From the NCBI GenBank assembly GCA_046538105.1, contig JBKHJO010000002.1:31730-95729 (forward strand): 64,000 nucleotides of DNA, given 5' to 3'. How positions within the stretch are numbered: position 1 is the stretch's first letter; each line of letters opens with the position of its first letter. Positions 41,471 to 51,380 of this stretch are shown piece by piece. Source of the DNA: Anaerolineales bacterium (GTDB lineage: Bacteria > Chloroflexota > Anaerolineae > UBA1429). The notes under the pieces were generated by a model, which was not told the origin of the DNA, did no database searches, and saw only the letters and a list, made by a program, of their open reading frames with translations. Made by a program: the position numbers and the translations under genes.

Positions 41471-42222
41471 GATACAGCCTCCACCGGGGCCACGAAACGG
41501 TAGCCCTGCCCCACCACCGTCTCGATGAAACGGGGGGCGTCCGGATCGTCGTCAAGGGCGCGGCGCAGTTCGGCCACGCGGGCATCCACGGCGCGGGTGG
41601 CGACGACATAGTCCCAACCCCATACCGCATCCAGCAGTCGCTCCCGGCTCAGCACTTCTTGGGCGTGAAGCATCAGGTACTCCAGCAGGGCCACCGCACG
41701 AGAGGTGAGTTCCACAGGCTGTCCATCCTTCTCCACGCGCCGGGCCGTGCGGTCGAGGGTCACGTCGCAGGCACGGAGTCGGCCCGCCACCGCCAGTGGC
41801 TTCTGCTCAAGGGCCGCGCCCCGGCGGCGCAGCACAGCCCGCATGCGGGCGATCAGTTCGTGGGGATCAAAGGGCTTGTTGAGGTAGTCGTCCGCCCCCT
41901 CTTCCAGAGCCATGGCCCGCTCCGTCGATTCCCCCACCTGGGTGAGGAGGATCACGGGCGTCCAGTCGCCCTTTTGGCGCAGCCGCCGCAGCACCTCCCG
42001 CCCGTTCAATTTAGGCATCAGCACGTCCAGGACGATCAGATCCAGCGCAAAGGCGGCAGCCCGCTCCAGTGCCTCTTCCCCATCGGCGGCCACGGCCACG
42101 GCGAATCCGGCGCGCTCCAAGATGGGGGCCAGATTATCCGTGATGGCCTTCTCATCATCCACCAGCAAGATATACTTCCGGCTCTTTGAGCGTTGCATCA
42201 ACTCGGCCTCCCTATCCTTCAC
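41467..42222 (-). CDS. OmpR-family response regulator
   Basis: 251 aa; receiver (LLVDDEKAI...DVLMP), winged-helix C-term; 4-nt overlap with kinase gene. Confidence 0.85.
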   Translation of the reverse strand: MKDREAELMQRSKSRKYILLVDDEKAITDNLAPILERAGFAVAVAADGEEALERAAAFALDLIVLDVLMPKLNGREVLRRLRQKGDWTPVILLTQVGESTERAMALEEGADDYLNKPFDPHELIARMRAVLRRRGAALEQKPLAVAGRLRACDVTLDRTARRVEKDGQPVELTSRAVALLEYLMLHAQEVLSRERLLDAVWGWDYVVATRAVDARVAELRRALDDDPDAPRFIETVVGQGYRFVAPVEAVS

Positions 42223-42250
42223 AACGAGCGTTCGACTTTCCCAAAGTGAC

Positions 42251-42283
42251 AGGGAGGCGTCTCTGAGAGACGCCTCCCTTTAC
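42251..42283. terminator. 13-bp perfect hairpin between phosphatase gene and TCS operon
   Basis: agggaggcgtctc-tga-gagacgcctccct followed by ttta. Confidence 0.5.
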
Positions 42284-42311
42284 CGATGCAAATGCAAGAC
42301 GGATTATGAGA

Positions 42312-42944
42312 TTACGAGGCGTCATCCTCTTTGTCGGAGGACAGACGATGGCGCAGGGCATCGATGTGCCGCGCGTCGTTCACCCAACGCACCCATCTCC
42401 CCTCTGGCGTGGACCGCAGGCAACTGGTGGAGGCCCAATCCAGTTCGAACCAGCAGGTACGCAGGCGAACCACGCCCCCGCCCAAAAACTGGCGCAGCAT
42501 GACGTTTATGGGGCCGGCATGGGAGACGACGGCCACGCGTTGTAGGTCCTTGTCGGCTATCACATCCATCATCCGCTGCCATCCCGCCTCCACGCGCTTC
42601 CACATGCGCGCGTTGCCGTGGGCAAAATGGTCGCTCTCCCAACTTGCCAGATCCTCTTCCGGCAATTCTCCGGAATAGTCCACCAGGTGATCGAGACAGA
42701 CCTCGCGAAACTCGGGCATCTCCATACGCGGCACGTTGGGAAAGCGCTCAGAGATGGCGTCCGCTGTCTGCCGCGCCCTGGGCATGGTGCTCAAAAAGAG
42801 GTACTGCAGATCCCACTCGTCGCACCGTTCCGCCAGGCGCTCGGCCATCTCGTGGCCCAGCGCCGTCAGCGGATTGTGCGCCGTTATCGTTGCCGGAGGA
42901 TCATAATCGACGTGTGCGTGCCGAAAGAGATAGATATCAACCAT
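42312..42944 (-). CDS. histidine phosphatase (phosphoglycerate-mutase family)
   Basis: 210 aa; N-term IYLFRHAHVDY (RHA/RHG catalytic motif), second His region VSHAGPI. Confidence 0.7.
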   Translation of the reverse strand: MVDIYLFRHAHVDYDPPATITAHNPLTALGHEMAERLAERCDEWDLQYLFLSTMPRARQTADAISERFPNVPRMEMPEFREVCLDHLVDYSGELPEEDLASWESDHFAHGNARMWKRVEAGWQRMMDVIADKDLQRVAVVSHAGPINVMLRQFLGGGVVRLRTCWFELDWASTSCLRSTPEGRWVRWVNDARHIDALRHRLSSDKEDDAS

Positions 42945-42965
42945 AGTTTTCAGACACGCAGCCGC

Positions 42966-43772
42966 CTATACATTCTCCTCCAACAGCGGAACGGTCGGCT
43001 CCCCTTCCAGATAGCCCAACGAGGCGAGGAACTGATCCAGCCGATACAGCGTGCGCTCGAACCAGGGAGAGCGATTGAAGAAGCCGTGCCCCTCCCCCGA
43101 TGCCACGTGGAGTTCGGCGCGATTGCCCGCATCCTCCATCAACTGCACAAAGGTCTCGGACTGCTCAACCGGCACCACGGCATCGTTCTCCCCGTGAAAG
43201 GCCACGGCTGGTGGCAATCCCTCCTCGATATAGAGGTTGGGAGAAAGTGCCCTGGCCAACTCTGCGGAGCCAAACCGCTCCACGATGCCGGGAAGATCGG
43301 CGGATAGATCCAAGGCGGGATTGAAGAGGGCCAGAGCGTTGGGAACAGAGGAAACTGTCTCGTCCTCATCCTCAGCCTCAAATCCCTCTATCATAGCCGT
43401 GCAGGCTGCCAGATGGCCACCGGCCGACCCGCCCGCGGCCATCAAACGCTGGGAATCGAGCCCCAACTCTTTGGCATGGGCGCGCATCCAGCGGACGGCG
43501 CTCTTGGCATCCTCCACGCAGCTATCCGGCAGCACGTTTTGGCGCGACTTGACGCGATAGTCGGCGCAGGCGGCCACCATGCCCCGGTCCGCCAGGTATT
43601 GGGCCTGGCGCCGGAAATGGTTCGCCGTGCCCTGCTGCCATCCGCCCCCAAAAAAGAAGACCGCTCCCGGTCGCCGATCACTCTCTTGCCAATCCGACGG
43701 CAGATAAAGGTACAGGAACAGTCTGACCTGATCCGTCATCTTGTAGATATACGCTCTCTGCGCATCAATCAT
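42966..43772 (-). CDS. alpha/beta-hydrolase esterase/lipase
   Basis: 268 aa; oxyanion-hole FFGGGW (HGGG-type) and nucleophile elbow GGSAGGHLA (GxSxG). Confidence 0.7.
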   Translation of the reverse strand: MIDAQRAYIYKMTDQVRLFLYLYLPSDWQESDRRPGAVFFFGGGWQQGTANHFRRQAQYLADRGMVAACADYRVKSRQNVLPDSCVEDAKSAVRWMRAHAKELGLDSQRLMAAGGSAGGHLAACTAMIEGFEAEDEDETVSSVPNALALFNPALDLSADLPGIVERFGSAELARALSPNLYIEEGLPPAVAFHGENDAVVPVEQSETFVQLMEDAGNRAELHVASGEGHGFFNRSPWFERTLYRLDQFLASLGYLEGEPTVPLLEENV

Positions 43773-43805
43773 CGTCTCACCTCATGCTCCTATCATCGTA
43801 GATGT

Positions 43806-45023
43806 CTAGTGGTGGAACAGGCGAACACCTGTGAAGCACATGACGATCCCGTATTTATCGCAGGCCGCGGTGACACTCTCGTCGTTCAAAGAACCGCCGG
43901 GCTGGGCCACGTAACTGACGCCGCTGCGCGACGCGCGATCGATGGAATCGCGGAAGGGGAAAAAGGCATCCGAACTGAGGGCCACTCCCCCCACCCGATC
44001 CAACCATTCCCTTTTCTCTTCCGCTGTGAGACGCTCGGGGACCACCGCAAAGGCCTTTTCCCAGGCAACCTCCTCGGCCTCGGAAATCTCTTCCAAAAAG
44101 TAGACATCGATGGCATTGTTCTTTTGGGCCCGCGAGATACCCTCGGCGAACTGGAAGTTCAGCACGCGCGGATGCTGCCGTAGAAACCAGAGATCGGACT
44201 TGGAGGCCGCAAGGCGCGTGCAGTGCACGCGGGACTGCTGTCCCGCCCCCACGCCGGTCACCTGACCGTTATAGGCAAAGCATACGGAATTGGATTGGGT
44301 GTACTTGAGGGCTACGGAAGCGACGATGAGATCGCGGAGCCCCGATGCAGGCAGATCCTCGTTCTCCGTCACGATATTCTCAAAATAGTCCTCCAAGAGC
44401 ATGATGTCGTTGCGCGGCTGCTGCAGGATCAGACCAAAGACGGTACGCTGCTCCATCTCCGGAGGCCCATAGGCGGGATCGATCTGCAGGATGCGATAGC
44501 CGCCGTTCCGCTTCTGTTTCAGGATCTCCAGGGCATCCGGCTCATAGCCGGGAGCGATAATGCCGTCCGATACCTCACGGCGCACGACGCGAGCCGTGGG
44601 CACGTCGCAGGGATCGCTCAGGGAAATCCAATCACCAAAGGACGACATGCGATCAGCGCCTCGGGCCCGGGCATAGGCCGTGGCCAACGGAGAGAGTTCC
44701 AGATCCTCCACAAAGCAGGCCTTTTTCTCCGCCTCGCTCAGGGGGATGGACACGGCGGCTCCCGCCGGGCTCACATGTTTGAAAGAGGCGGCTGCTGGCT
44801 GCCCCAGGAGGGTCTTTAACTCACTCACCAACTGCCAACCGTTCAGGGCATCCAACAGGTTTATATAGCCCGGCTTTCCATTCAGGGCCTCAAAGGGCAG
44901 ATCGCCCTGCTCCACAAAGACGCGGGCTGGTTTCTGGTGTGGATTCACACCATAGCGTAGGCTCATCTCGCCAGACATAGATCCCTCCCTTGTTATCAAA
45001 GATTCGCTTTTTGCGTAGGACAC
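43806..45023 (-). CDS. stand-alone AICAR transformylase (PurH C-terminal AICARFT domain, no IMP-cyclohydrolase/MGS domain)
   Basis: [51 protein letters not shown]-term [11 protein letters not shown]; true start may be the internal Met near 44978. Confidence 0.7.
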   Translation of the reverse strand: MSYAKSESLITREGSMSGEMSLRYGVNPHQKPARVFVEQGDLPFEALNGKPGYINLLDALNGWQLVSELKTLLGQPAAASFKHVSPAGAAVSIPLSEAEKKACFVEDLELSPLATAYARARGADRMSSFGDWISLSDPCDVPTARVVRREVSDGIIAPGYEPDALEILKQKRNGGYRILQIDPAYGPPEMEQRTVFGLILQQPRNDIMLLEDYFENIVTENEDLPASGLRDLIVASVALKYTQSNSVCFAYNGQVTGVGAGQQSRVHCTRLAASKSDLWFLRQHPRVLNFQFAEGISRAQKNNAIDVYFLEEISEAEEVAWEKAFAVVPERLTAEEKREWLDRVGGVALSSDAFFPFRDSIDRASRSGVSYVAQPGGSLNDESVTAACDKYGIVMCFTGVRLFHH

Positions 45024-45247
45024 ACTGGCTTATTGTACGAGGGGTAGAGAGCATTGACAAGTGGGCCAATCCATTCCAATATCGGTTCCTCCCTCTCTCT
45101 GATGGGATGGAACTGATTCTGCACCGGCACCGCCCCCCTTTACGGCGGGGGCCCCTGCAAAGTCCTGTATCTCAGGATCCTGTGGTGGACAATTCCCTGC
45201 CATATTATAATAGATACGTCTCAGATCATCCGTGTAAGGAGTCAACC

Positions 45248-45652
45248 ATGGTCAAGGCCAGCGAGAAATCCGATATCATAAGTCCTGTCATCCGTTGGGT
45301 GGCGCGCGTCTGGAGTATCGTCAGCCTGGGATTCGTGCTGCTGATAGTGGGCGGGGAACTCGCCTCGCCCACAGGGTCACCGCCTATAGCGGCACGCGAC
45401 CTCTTGGGCATGGCCCTTTTCCCCGTGGGAGTATGTGTGGGACTTGTGGTGGCCTGGTGGCACGAGGGGCTGGGCGGCACCATAACGGTGAGCAGTTTGC
45501 TGGCTTTTTATGTCCTTCTGTGGGGCTTTGACGGGCACTTTCCCCGTGGTCCCTATTTTGCGCTGGTGGCGGCACCGGGCGTCCTGTTTCTTCTACTGTG
45601 GAGCATCGCCCTTGTAAGAAGCCAGTCCAGGCCCGCTCATGACACAACGTAG
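45248..45652 (+). CDS. small integral membrane protein (4 predicted TM), unknown function
   Basis: Start ATG 45248 after RBS aaggag; hydrophobic segments WSIVSLGFVLLIVGG, LVVAWW, LLAFYVLLW, LFLLLWSIALV. Confidence 0.5.
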   Translation: MVKASEKSDIISPVIRWVARVWSIVSLGFVLLIVGGELASPTGSPPIAARDLLGMALFPVGVCVGLVVAWWHEGLGGTITVSSLLAFYVLLWGFDGHFPRGPYFALVAAPGVLFLLLWSIALVRSQSRPAHDTT

Positions 45653-45671
45653 AGCGGCTCGCCGATATCCT

Positions 45672-48600
45672 CTATGGGGAGGCGGAAACGGGCCTCCAAA
45701 CGGCCTCCTCCGCCCGCACCAGGTACACCTGGCCCACGAGGTCGCCCAACGCCAGCAGCCCCCGCTCCTCGCCCTCTACGCTGATGTCCAGGTCGGTGAA
45801 ACGTTCCTCCAATCGCCGCTCGGAAAAGGGCGTCCCCTGAGCCCGAGCCCACGTCTCGCCCCTATCCGTCGAACGGTAGAGGCCCAGAGAGGAAAGCACG
45901 TACACGGTGCCATCCCGATCATAGAAGGGAGACCTTTGCTTTGCCACCACAAATTCTCCCGCCGGCAAAGAGAAAACGGTCCGCTCTGGGTCATCCCCCC
46001 ACGTGAGTATGCGGCTCCCTTTAGGCGCACGAAGCATAGTGTCTTCCGATTCCTCACCTAACAGGGCCTCCGCCCGGGGAAGATCCTCTCCCTCAGCGAC
46101 CTGAGCAACCAGTTTCCACGTCTGCCCCCGATCCGAGGACCGAAATAAGGACCGCCCCACCTCGTGGGAACTCAGATCGCGGTAGCGGCAATAGGCCAAA
46201 AGGGTACCATCGATACCGTAATCCTGCGAAAGGGCGATCTCTTCCACCTGAAGGTGAGTCAGACCGCGCCACATGGGCTGCCAGGTATCGCCCCTATCCA
46301 GGGAACGCCACACGCCAAACCCCTGTCCATCACCGTCCCATCCCCCCACAAAAAGGGTTCCATCGTCCTCGTACGCGGACGACATAGCCAGCACGAGATG
46401 GGCGCCCGTATCGTGCCGTGCCTGCGGCAGCCCGCCCCCAAGCCGCACCCAATCACGCCCGTCCGTATGGGAGCGATAGAGAGCATTCTCGCTCACGACG
46501 AAGAGAGTCTTATCCACGTCATAGCGCGGCGAGAGGGATAACTGGGCAACGCCTCCCTCGAGTGTGGTCTGCTGGGGGACTGTGGGAACAGCGAACTCTC
46601 CCCCCTGGGGCTGCAACAGCGCCAGTCGAGAGCCTTCCAAAGCATAGAACAGATCGAGAGCCCCGTCATAACTATGCACACGGTGGCGCGTCGTATATCC
46701 CAACGGCGTCCACGTCTCCGTATCCACCACCAACCAGTGGCCATCGCGGGGTACAAAGCCCTGGGCACCATCCGGTGAGAGCATCTCCAAAAGAACGCCG
46801 TCGCGCCAGGAGATGACCTCACCACTCTCAACGTCGCGGACGAACAGGTTTACGTGTGAGACATCGGGCCCCCTGTAGCGCACGTTCTCATAAACGCGGC
46901 CGCCTATTGGAGGAAGCAGCCTCTCCCCACCCACACCGGCCAGGACACTGATGGTATGGGTCACGGGCGTCAGCGTATCAAGGGAAAAAAATCGCGGCGT
47001 GGGAACCGCACCGGAGCCTCTCCCCCACGTCGTCACAACCACGGACAAGACGCCAAGGGTCGGGTGTACTTTTAAATCGCGCACAAACTGATTCCCCGTA
47101 CAGCCACGACAAGACTGGGCATCGATATCGGGGGTCAGAGAATCGATCCGTTCAAGGCTCCCCCCATCGTACACGTGTGCACCATACGCTGCGACATATA
47201 TCTCATCCCGCAGAGCATTGTAGGCAGGCACACCCCCCTCGGGGATGACGCCCACATGTTCGTCCCTCATCAGGTCCCAGATCTGCACCTCCCCCTCCCC
47301 GAGTTGATACACCTCCCCCTCCGCTCCGACGAGGGCCCGCGCCCGCCGCGCGTCCAGGGCGATGCGATTGCCCCCTGTGATAACGCGGGATACCTGGAAA
47401 TCGTCCACGTCGATGATGCTGATCTGCGAACCATCGCCCTGTCCCACGAGCAGGAGGCCATTCTGATCATCCAGAACCATCTGGCCCGCCCCAGCCGGTA
47501 CCGAACGATCCAAACCGAGAGTCCCCTTTTGCAGATGGGCGATATCCACCTCATAGACGACGGCGCCCGTATCGTTCATGTACAGGCTCTCCTTATCACG
47601 ATCCACAATGAGTCCGCACAGTTCGACACCGAGTTGTACCGACTGGTCGATCTCCAATGTGACGCCGTCGACGGCGATCACCCTGTGTCCCTGTCGATCC
47701 AGAACGTAGAGGCGCGCACCATCACCTTGCTCATCGGCCAGGACAGCGCCCGCGAACGGCCACGCCTCGCCTGTCCCCTCTTCCGTCATATCGGTGCTAC
47801 ACAGGTACAGCAGGTAAGACTGGCCAGGCGGATAGGTAATATAGGTAAAGACGAGGCGTTCCGAGGTTACATCCCCCCACACCAATTCTTTCTGCTGATC
47901 GTCAATGCGTGCGAGTTCCTCCTGCAAAACGCCCTCATCCAAACTATAAAGGAGCACCGAGGACGTCTCTTCCCCTTGCGCCAAAGGCCCCTGAACAACA
48001 AAAAACTCGCCTCCCTCATCCACAATCAGGGCCCGCACAGTCTCCAGTGGCATCTTTACCTCCCAGAGGGGGGTGATCTCTGGCAACGCATAGGCATAGA
48101 CAGTATTAGAGAGGGAGACGAGCAAGATATCCATATCCTCTGTAAAGACCACGCGACGCTCCGCGCCCCTGGAAGGATACACAAGGTCGTCTATTATGTC
48201 GAGTTCTCGAGAGTCACGAACCTGCAGGCGGTCGGGCAGGGACAGATACAGGCATTCCCGCTGGGCGTCCACCCACATGTCGTCCACGTATCCAAGGGGA
48301 CGCAGATCGACATCATATACCTGTTGGCCATCGGCGGTATCCAGGGCAAGGAGATATTCCCCGTCTTCCCTTTCACAGATCAGGTAGACCCATCCACCTT
48401 CAGCGGCCATGGGGGCCCTCGGCATCCCGGGCAGGGACCAGATATCCTGCACAGTGCCCGCCTCAAGATCTATGACTGCCATACAGGCTCCCGCGGCGTC
48501 GGGGGCCCCATGATGAGAACAAAGAACGTAGGCGGTATGGCCATCCACGGCCAGGGCCGTGGGATCGTAGGCGTTGCCCACCGCCGGCCCCAAATTCAGT

Positions 48601-48854
48601 TCTGCGAGCACCGAAGGCAAAGGCTCCGGAGGCGTAGGAGAGGGAGAGGGGGACACGGCCGTGGGCGAAGGAGACACGACTGGACTGGGGGATGCCGTAA
48701 GAAAGGAGGATCTCGAGGGGGTGGAGGGCACCGTGGGAGAGATGACAGGCCGCGTCTCTCTCTCCCCCCCGAAGCAACCCGCAACCAGGATTAGAAAGAC
48801 ACATAACACAAAGATTTTGCACCACCACAAGGACCGCTGCACGTCTTCTCCCAC
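45672..48854 (-). CDS. large (1060 aa) secreted lipoprotein with beta-propeller/BNR(Ycf48-like) repeats
   Basis: Signal+lipobox LILVAGC, Pro/Ser-rich linker, multiple repeats, C-terminal BNR-like S-x-D-x-G-x-T-W motifs (SLDRGDTWQPM, SSDRGQTWKLV, STDRGETWARA). Confidence 0.65.
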   Translation of the reverse strand: MGEDVQRSLWWCKIFVLCVFLILVAGCFGGERETRPVISPTVPSTPSRSSFLTASPSPVVSPSPTAVSPSPSPTPPEPLPSVLAELNLGPAVGNAYDPTALAVDGHTAYVLCSHHGAPDAAGACMAVIDLEAGTVQDIWSLPGMPRAPMAAEGGWVYLICEREDGEYLLALDTADGQQVYDVDLRPLGYVDDMWVDAQRECLYLSLPDRLQVRDSRELDIIDDLVYPSRGAERRVVFTEDMDILLVSLSNTVYAYALPEITPLWEVKMPLETVRALIVDEGGEFFVVQGPLAQGEETSSVLLYSLDEGVLQEELARIDDQQKELVWGDVTSERLVFTYITYPPGQSYLLYLCSTDMTEEGTGEAWPFAGAVLADEQGDGARLYVLDRQGHRVIAVDGVTLEIDQSVQLGVELCGLIVDRDKESLYMNDTGAVVYEVDIAHLQKGTLGLDRSVPAGAGQMVLDDQNGLLLVGQGDGSQISIIDVDDFQVSRVITGGNRIALDARRARALVGAEGEVYQLGEGEVQIWDLMRDEHVGVIPEGGVPAYNALRDEIYVAAYGAHVYDGGSLERIDSLTPDIDAQSCRGCTGNQFVRDLKVHPTLGVLSVVVTTWGRGSGAVPTPRFFSLDTLTPVTHTISVLAGVGGERLLPPIGGRVYENVRYRGPDVSHVNLFVRDVESGEVISWRDGVLLEMLSPDGAQGFVPRDGHWLVVDTETWTPLGYTTRHRVHSYDGALDLFYALEGSRLALLQPQGGEFAVPTVPQQTTLEGGVAQLSLSPRYDVDKTLFVVSENALYRSHTDGRDWVRLGGGLPQARHDTGAHLVLAMSSAYEDDGTLFVGGWDGDGQGFGVWRSLDRGDTWQPMWRGLTHLQVEEIALSQDYGIDGTLLAYCRYRDLSSHEVGRSLFRSSDRGQTWKLVAQVAEGEDLPRAEALLGEESEDTMLRAPKGSRILTWGDDPERTVFSLPAGEFVVAKQRSPFYDRDGTVYVLSSLGLYRSTDRGETWARAQGTPFSERRLEERFTDLDISVEGEERGLLALGDLVGQVYLVRAEEAVWRPVSASP

Positions 48855-48907
48855 CCTAGATCTGCGATATCCCGCAAACTATTTCCAGGCCAAGAGCGCA
48901 AAGGCCT

Positions 48908-49996
48908 CTATGACAGATCCTCCAGCACGCGCTCATTGCGACAGGCGATACCCTCCTCACCCTCTCCCGGATGACAGAGATCACAACGCACGCAGGCGAC
49001 CTCGTCGATGAGGCCCTGTTTTATCTTGCGCACGAGATCGGGCTCGGCAATCAAGGGGCGACAGAGACTGATCAACTGTACCGCACCATTGCTTAACACG
49101 CGCTCCATACATCGGCGCGTACGAAAGCCATAGACCAAAGCGAGGGGATAGTCAGGCCCAACGGCGTCGCGCACGGCCCCGGCCAGGGGACGCAAGGGCG
49201 CCTCGACGGTGAGATCCATCCACTCTGGCCGACCGAGGGCAAAGCTTATCTCCACACAATCGATGCCATAGCTGGCGCACCATGCGGCTATCCTGGCCCC
49301 CTTCTCCACATCCAGCCCACTGCTTTCACGCCCAGCCACGCCGAGCTTGATCCACACAGGATAATGGGGGCCAACCTGACGCCGCATCTCGGCAACGACG
49401 GCTTTCAGGAAAGCGCTCCTCCGCTCCTCATCCCCTCCCCAGCGATCCTGCCGGAAGTTCGTCTCTGGTGTCAGAAACTGGGTGATGAGATAACCGTGCG
49501 CGCCATGTATCTGCACACCGTCAAAGCCCGCCTCCCGCACGCGGCGAGCAGCCTCACCGAACTGCGCTACGACCTTTCCAATCTCCCCCTCGGACATGGT
49601 CCGCGGCTTCACAAGATCGTTGGTGGCCACCCCAGAAGGGGAAAGGGGGTGGGGCGTTACCTCCGGATCCACGTTCGCCCCCGCGTGGTTGATTTGCATC
49701 ATCACCCGCCCGCCGGCCTTTTGGGCCGGACGAATGACATCCCGCCAGGGAGATATGAGATCATCGCTGGCCATGGCAGCCATACCCGCATGCGCGCGAC
49801 CGGCAAAGGAGACACAGGTATGTCCCGTCACGATCAGCCCCACCTCTCCCTCGGCCAGTTCGCGGTATATATGGGCCATCTCTGGCGTGGGGGCTCCTGT
49901 CTCCTTATCTGCCACGAATTCCGCCGTTGCCGAGCGCATGACGCGATTCCGAAGATGCAAGTCGCCTACGGTAAGGGGGTCAAACAGTGTCACCAC
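48908..49996 (-). CDS. Old-Yellow-Enzyme family NADH:flavin oxidoreductase
   Basis: 362 aa; HGAHGYLITQFL, RQDRWGGDEERR (RxxxxGGS/ENR) motifs. Confidence 0.7.
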   Translation of the reverse strand: MVTLFDPLTVGDLHLRNRVMRSATAEFVADKETGAPTPEMAHIYRELAEGEVGLIVTGHTCVSFAGRAHAGMAAMASDDLISPWRDVIRPAQKAGGRVMMQINHAGANVDPEVTPHPLSPSGVATNDLVKPRTMSEGEIGKVVAQFGEAARRVREAGFDGVQIHGAHGYLITQFLTPETNFRQDRWGGDEERRSAFLKAVVAEMRRQVGPHYPVWIKLGVAGRESSGLDVEKGARIAAWCASYGIDCVEISFALGRPEWMDLTVEAPLRPLAGAVRDAVGPDYPLALVYGFRTRRCMERVLSNGAVQLISLCRPLIAEPDLVRKIKQGLIDEVACVRCDLCHPGEGEEGIACRNERVLEDLS

Positions 49997-50064
49997 GAAA
50001 CACCCTCCTTCAGATTACGGTACGTCATGATCATGGCTACCCGAACCGTACTGAAAAGCGCCCT

Positions 50065-51021
50065 CTACTTTGTCTTTTGCACGCCCTCCAGCAGGCCCTT
50101 CACATAGCCCACGGCAAAGAGTCGTCCCTTGATCTGCCATTCCATCGGTTCCTCGCCCTCCATGGCCGGATAGTGATCGGGACGCATGGGACCATCAAAA
50201 CCGACGTCACAGTAGGCCTTCAGCGCAGCAAACATGTCCGTATCGCCCTCATCGTGAAAGGTCTCATAAAAGCTGGGCACGGCGCCCCTGATATTACGAA
50301 AATGCGCGAAAAATATCTTGTCCTGCTCGCCAAAGTACCGGATGGTCTCGGGAAGATCCACTCCCATCTCGGCAAAACAGCCCTGACAGAAGGTGATCCC
50401 GTTATTGGGACTGGGCACCAGATCGATCAATTTCTGAAAATCCTCGGGTGTACTCATGATGCGGGCCATACCCCGAATGGGCGAGATGGGCGGATCGTTG
50501 GGATGCATAGCCAGTCTGACGCCGGCCTCCTCGGCCACCGGCACGACGATCTCCAGAAAGTAATCCAGGCTCTCCCACAACTGCTCCACGCTGACCTCCC
50601 CCACCTCAGTAAGGGGCGCATTCTCGAGCAGATGGTGCTCATAGGCCGTGGCCCGAGCGCCGCCCCGGACTCGCCTGGTGCGAGACGTCCGCAGCACGTT
50701 AAGTGTGGGCGCCCACCCGTAGCAGAGGATGGGTATATCGGCCGCACCCATGTGCAAGACCGATTGACAGAAGGCCTGAATATCCTCGTCGCGCCCCGGC
50801 TGCCCCAGCATGGCCCTATCAGAGAGATGGATACTCTCGATTACCGAGAGGGTGAGCCCGTGGCTCTCGATCTTTTGTCTCAATCGCTCCCACTCCTCCA
50901 CCGGGGGCAGTTCGCCCGATTCCGCGCGCGGTGGACCGGATACGATGTCACTCAGTCCCATCTGCCTGGCCAATCTCAATTTAGAGTCTGTAGGCTCCCC
51001 GATGTGTGTCGCGATCCTCAT
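50065..51021 (-). CDS. uxuA: mannonate dehydratase (UxuA family, xylose-isomerase-like TIM barrel)
   Basis: LAMHPNDPP and MRPDH motifs match UxuA MHPDDPP / MRPDHGH; start taken at internal ATG (MRIATHIG) 51021; ORF-track 51141 start is an unlikely extension. Confidence 0.6.
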   Translation of the reverse strand: MRIATHIGEPTDSKLRLARQMGLSDIVSGPPRAESGELPPVEEWERLRQKIESHGLTLSVIESIHLSDRAMLGQPGRDEDIQAFCQSVLHMGAADIPILCYGWAPTLNVLRTSRTRRVRGGARATAYEHHLLENAPLTEVGEVSVEQLWESLDYFLEIVVPVAEEAGVRLAMHPNDPPISPIRGMARIMSTPEDFQKLIDLVPSPNNGITFCQGCFAEMGVDLPETIRYFGEQDKIFFAHFRNIRGAVPSFYETFHDEGDTDMFAALKAYCDVGFDGPMRPDHYPAMEGEEPMEWQIKGRLFAVGYVKGLLEGVQKTK

Positions 51022-51055
51022 CTTTTTCCCCACCTTTCGTCGTGACATTGTGCAT

Positions 51056-51084
51056 ATCCTAATGCCTAAACCTCCATACGTCAA
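51056..51084 (-). promoter_or_regulatory. sigma-A-type promoter (TTGACG-17-TAGGAT) for uxuA
   Basis: On minus strand TTGACG (51084-51079), 17-nt spacer, TAGGAT (51061-51056), ~30 nt upstream of ATG 51021. Confidence 0.5.
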
Positions 51085-51334
51085 GGGGCCACCTCGGTAG
51101 CCTCGAAGAATCACTGCGCAATTCCTCACTGCCCGTTTCATTTCGGTGGTCTGTTGCGCCCGCTAAACTGGGCTTTTAGGGCCTTAAGACTTTGCGCTAT
51201 AGTCAGATCACGTGTTTGAGTGCGAAAGGCCCGTTCGCGGGACGCTGAGGGAAAACGCTAGCGCCTTTCAGCGTATGTCAGGACTTTCGTAGCGCAGAGC
51301 CTTTGCACCTGCGCGGGCGGACCAATCCTAAGAG

Positions 51335-51380
51335 CAATGAAAACGCCATGGAAAGCATCTGTCGAATGCTTTCCATGGCG
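51335..51380 (-). terminator. rho-independent terminator of fba
   Basis: Perfect 15-bp stem cgccatggaaagcat / atgctttccatggcg, 7-nt loop, followed on minus strand by UUUUCAUUGCUCUU. Confidence 0.75.

Noticed and set aside
45024-45247. Possible ZTP (pfl) riboswitch upstream of the AICAR transformylase gene
   Set aside because: ZTP riboswitches commonly regulate purH, but I could not find the conserved GGGUCGUGAC / CCGCCUGGGC-type elements in either orientation; there is only a generic GC-rich hairpin.
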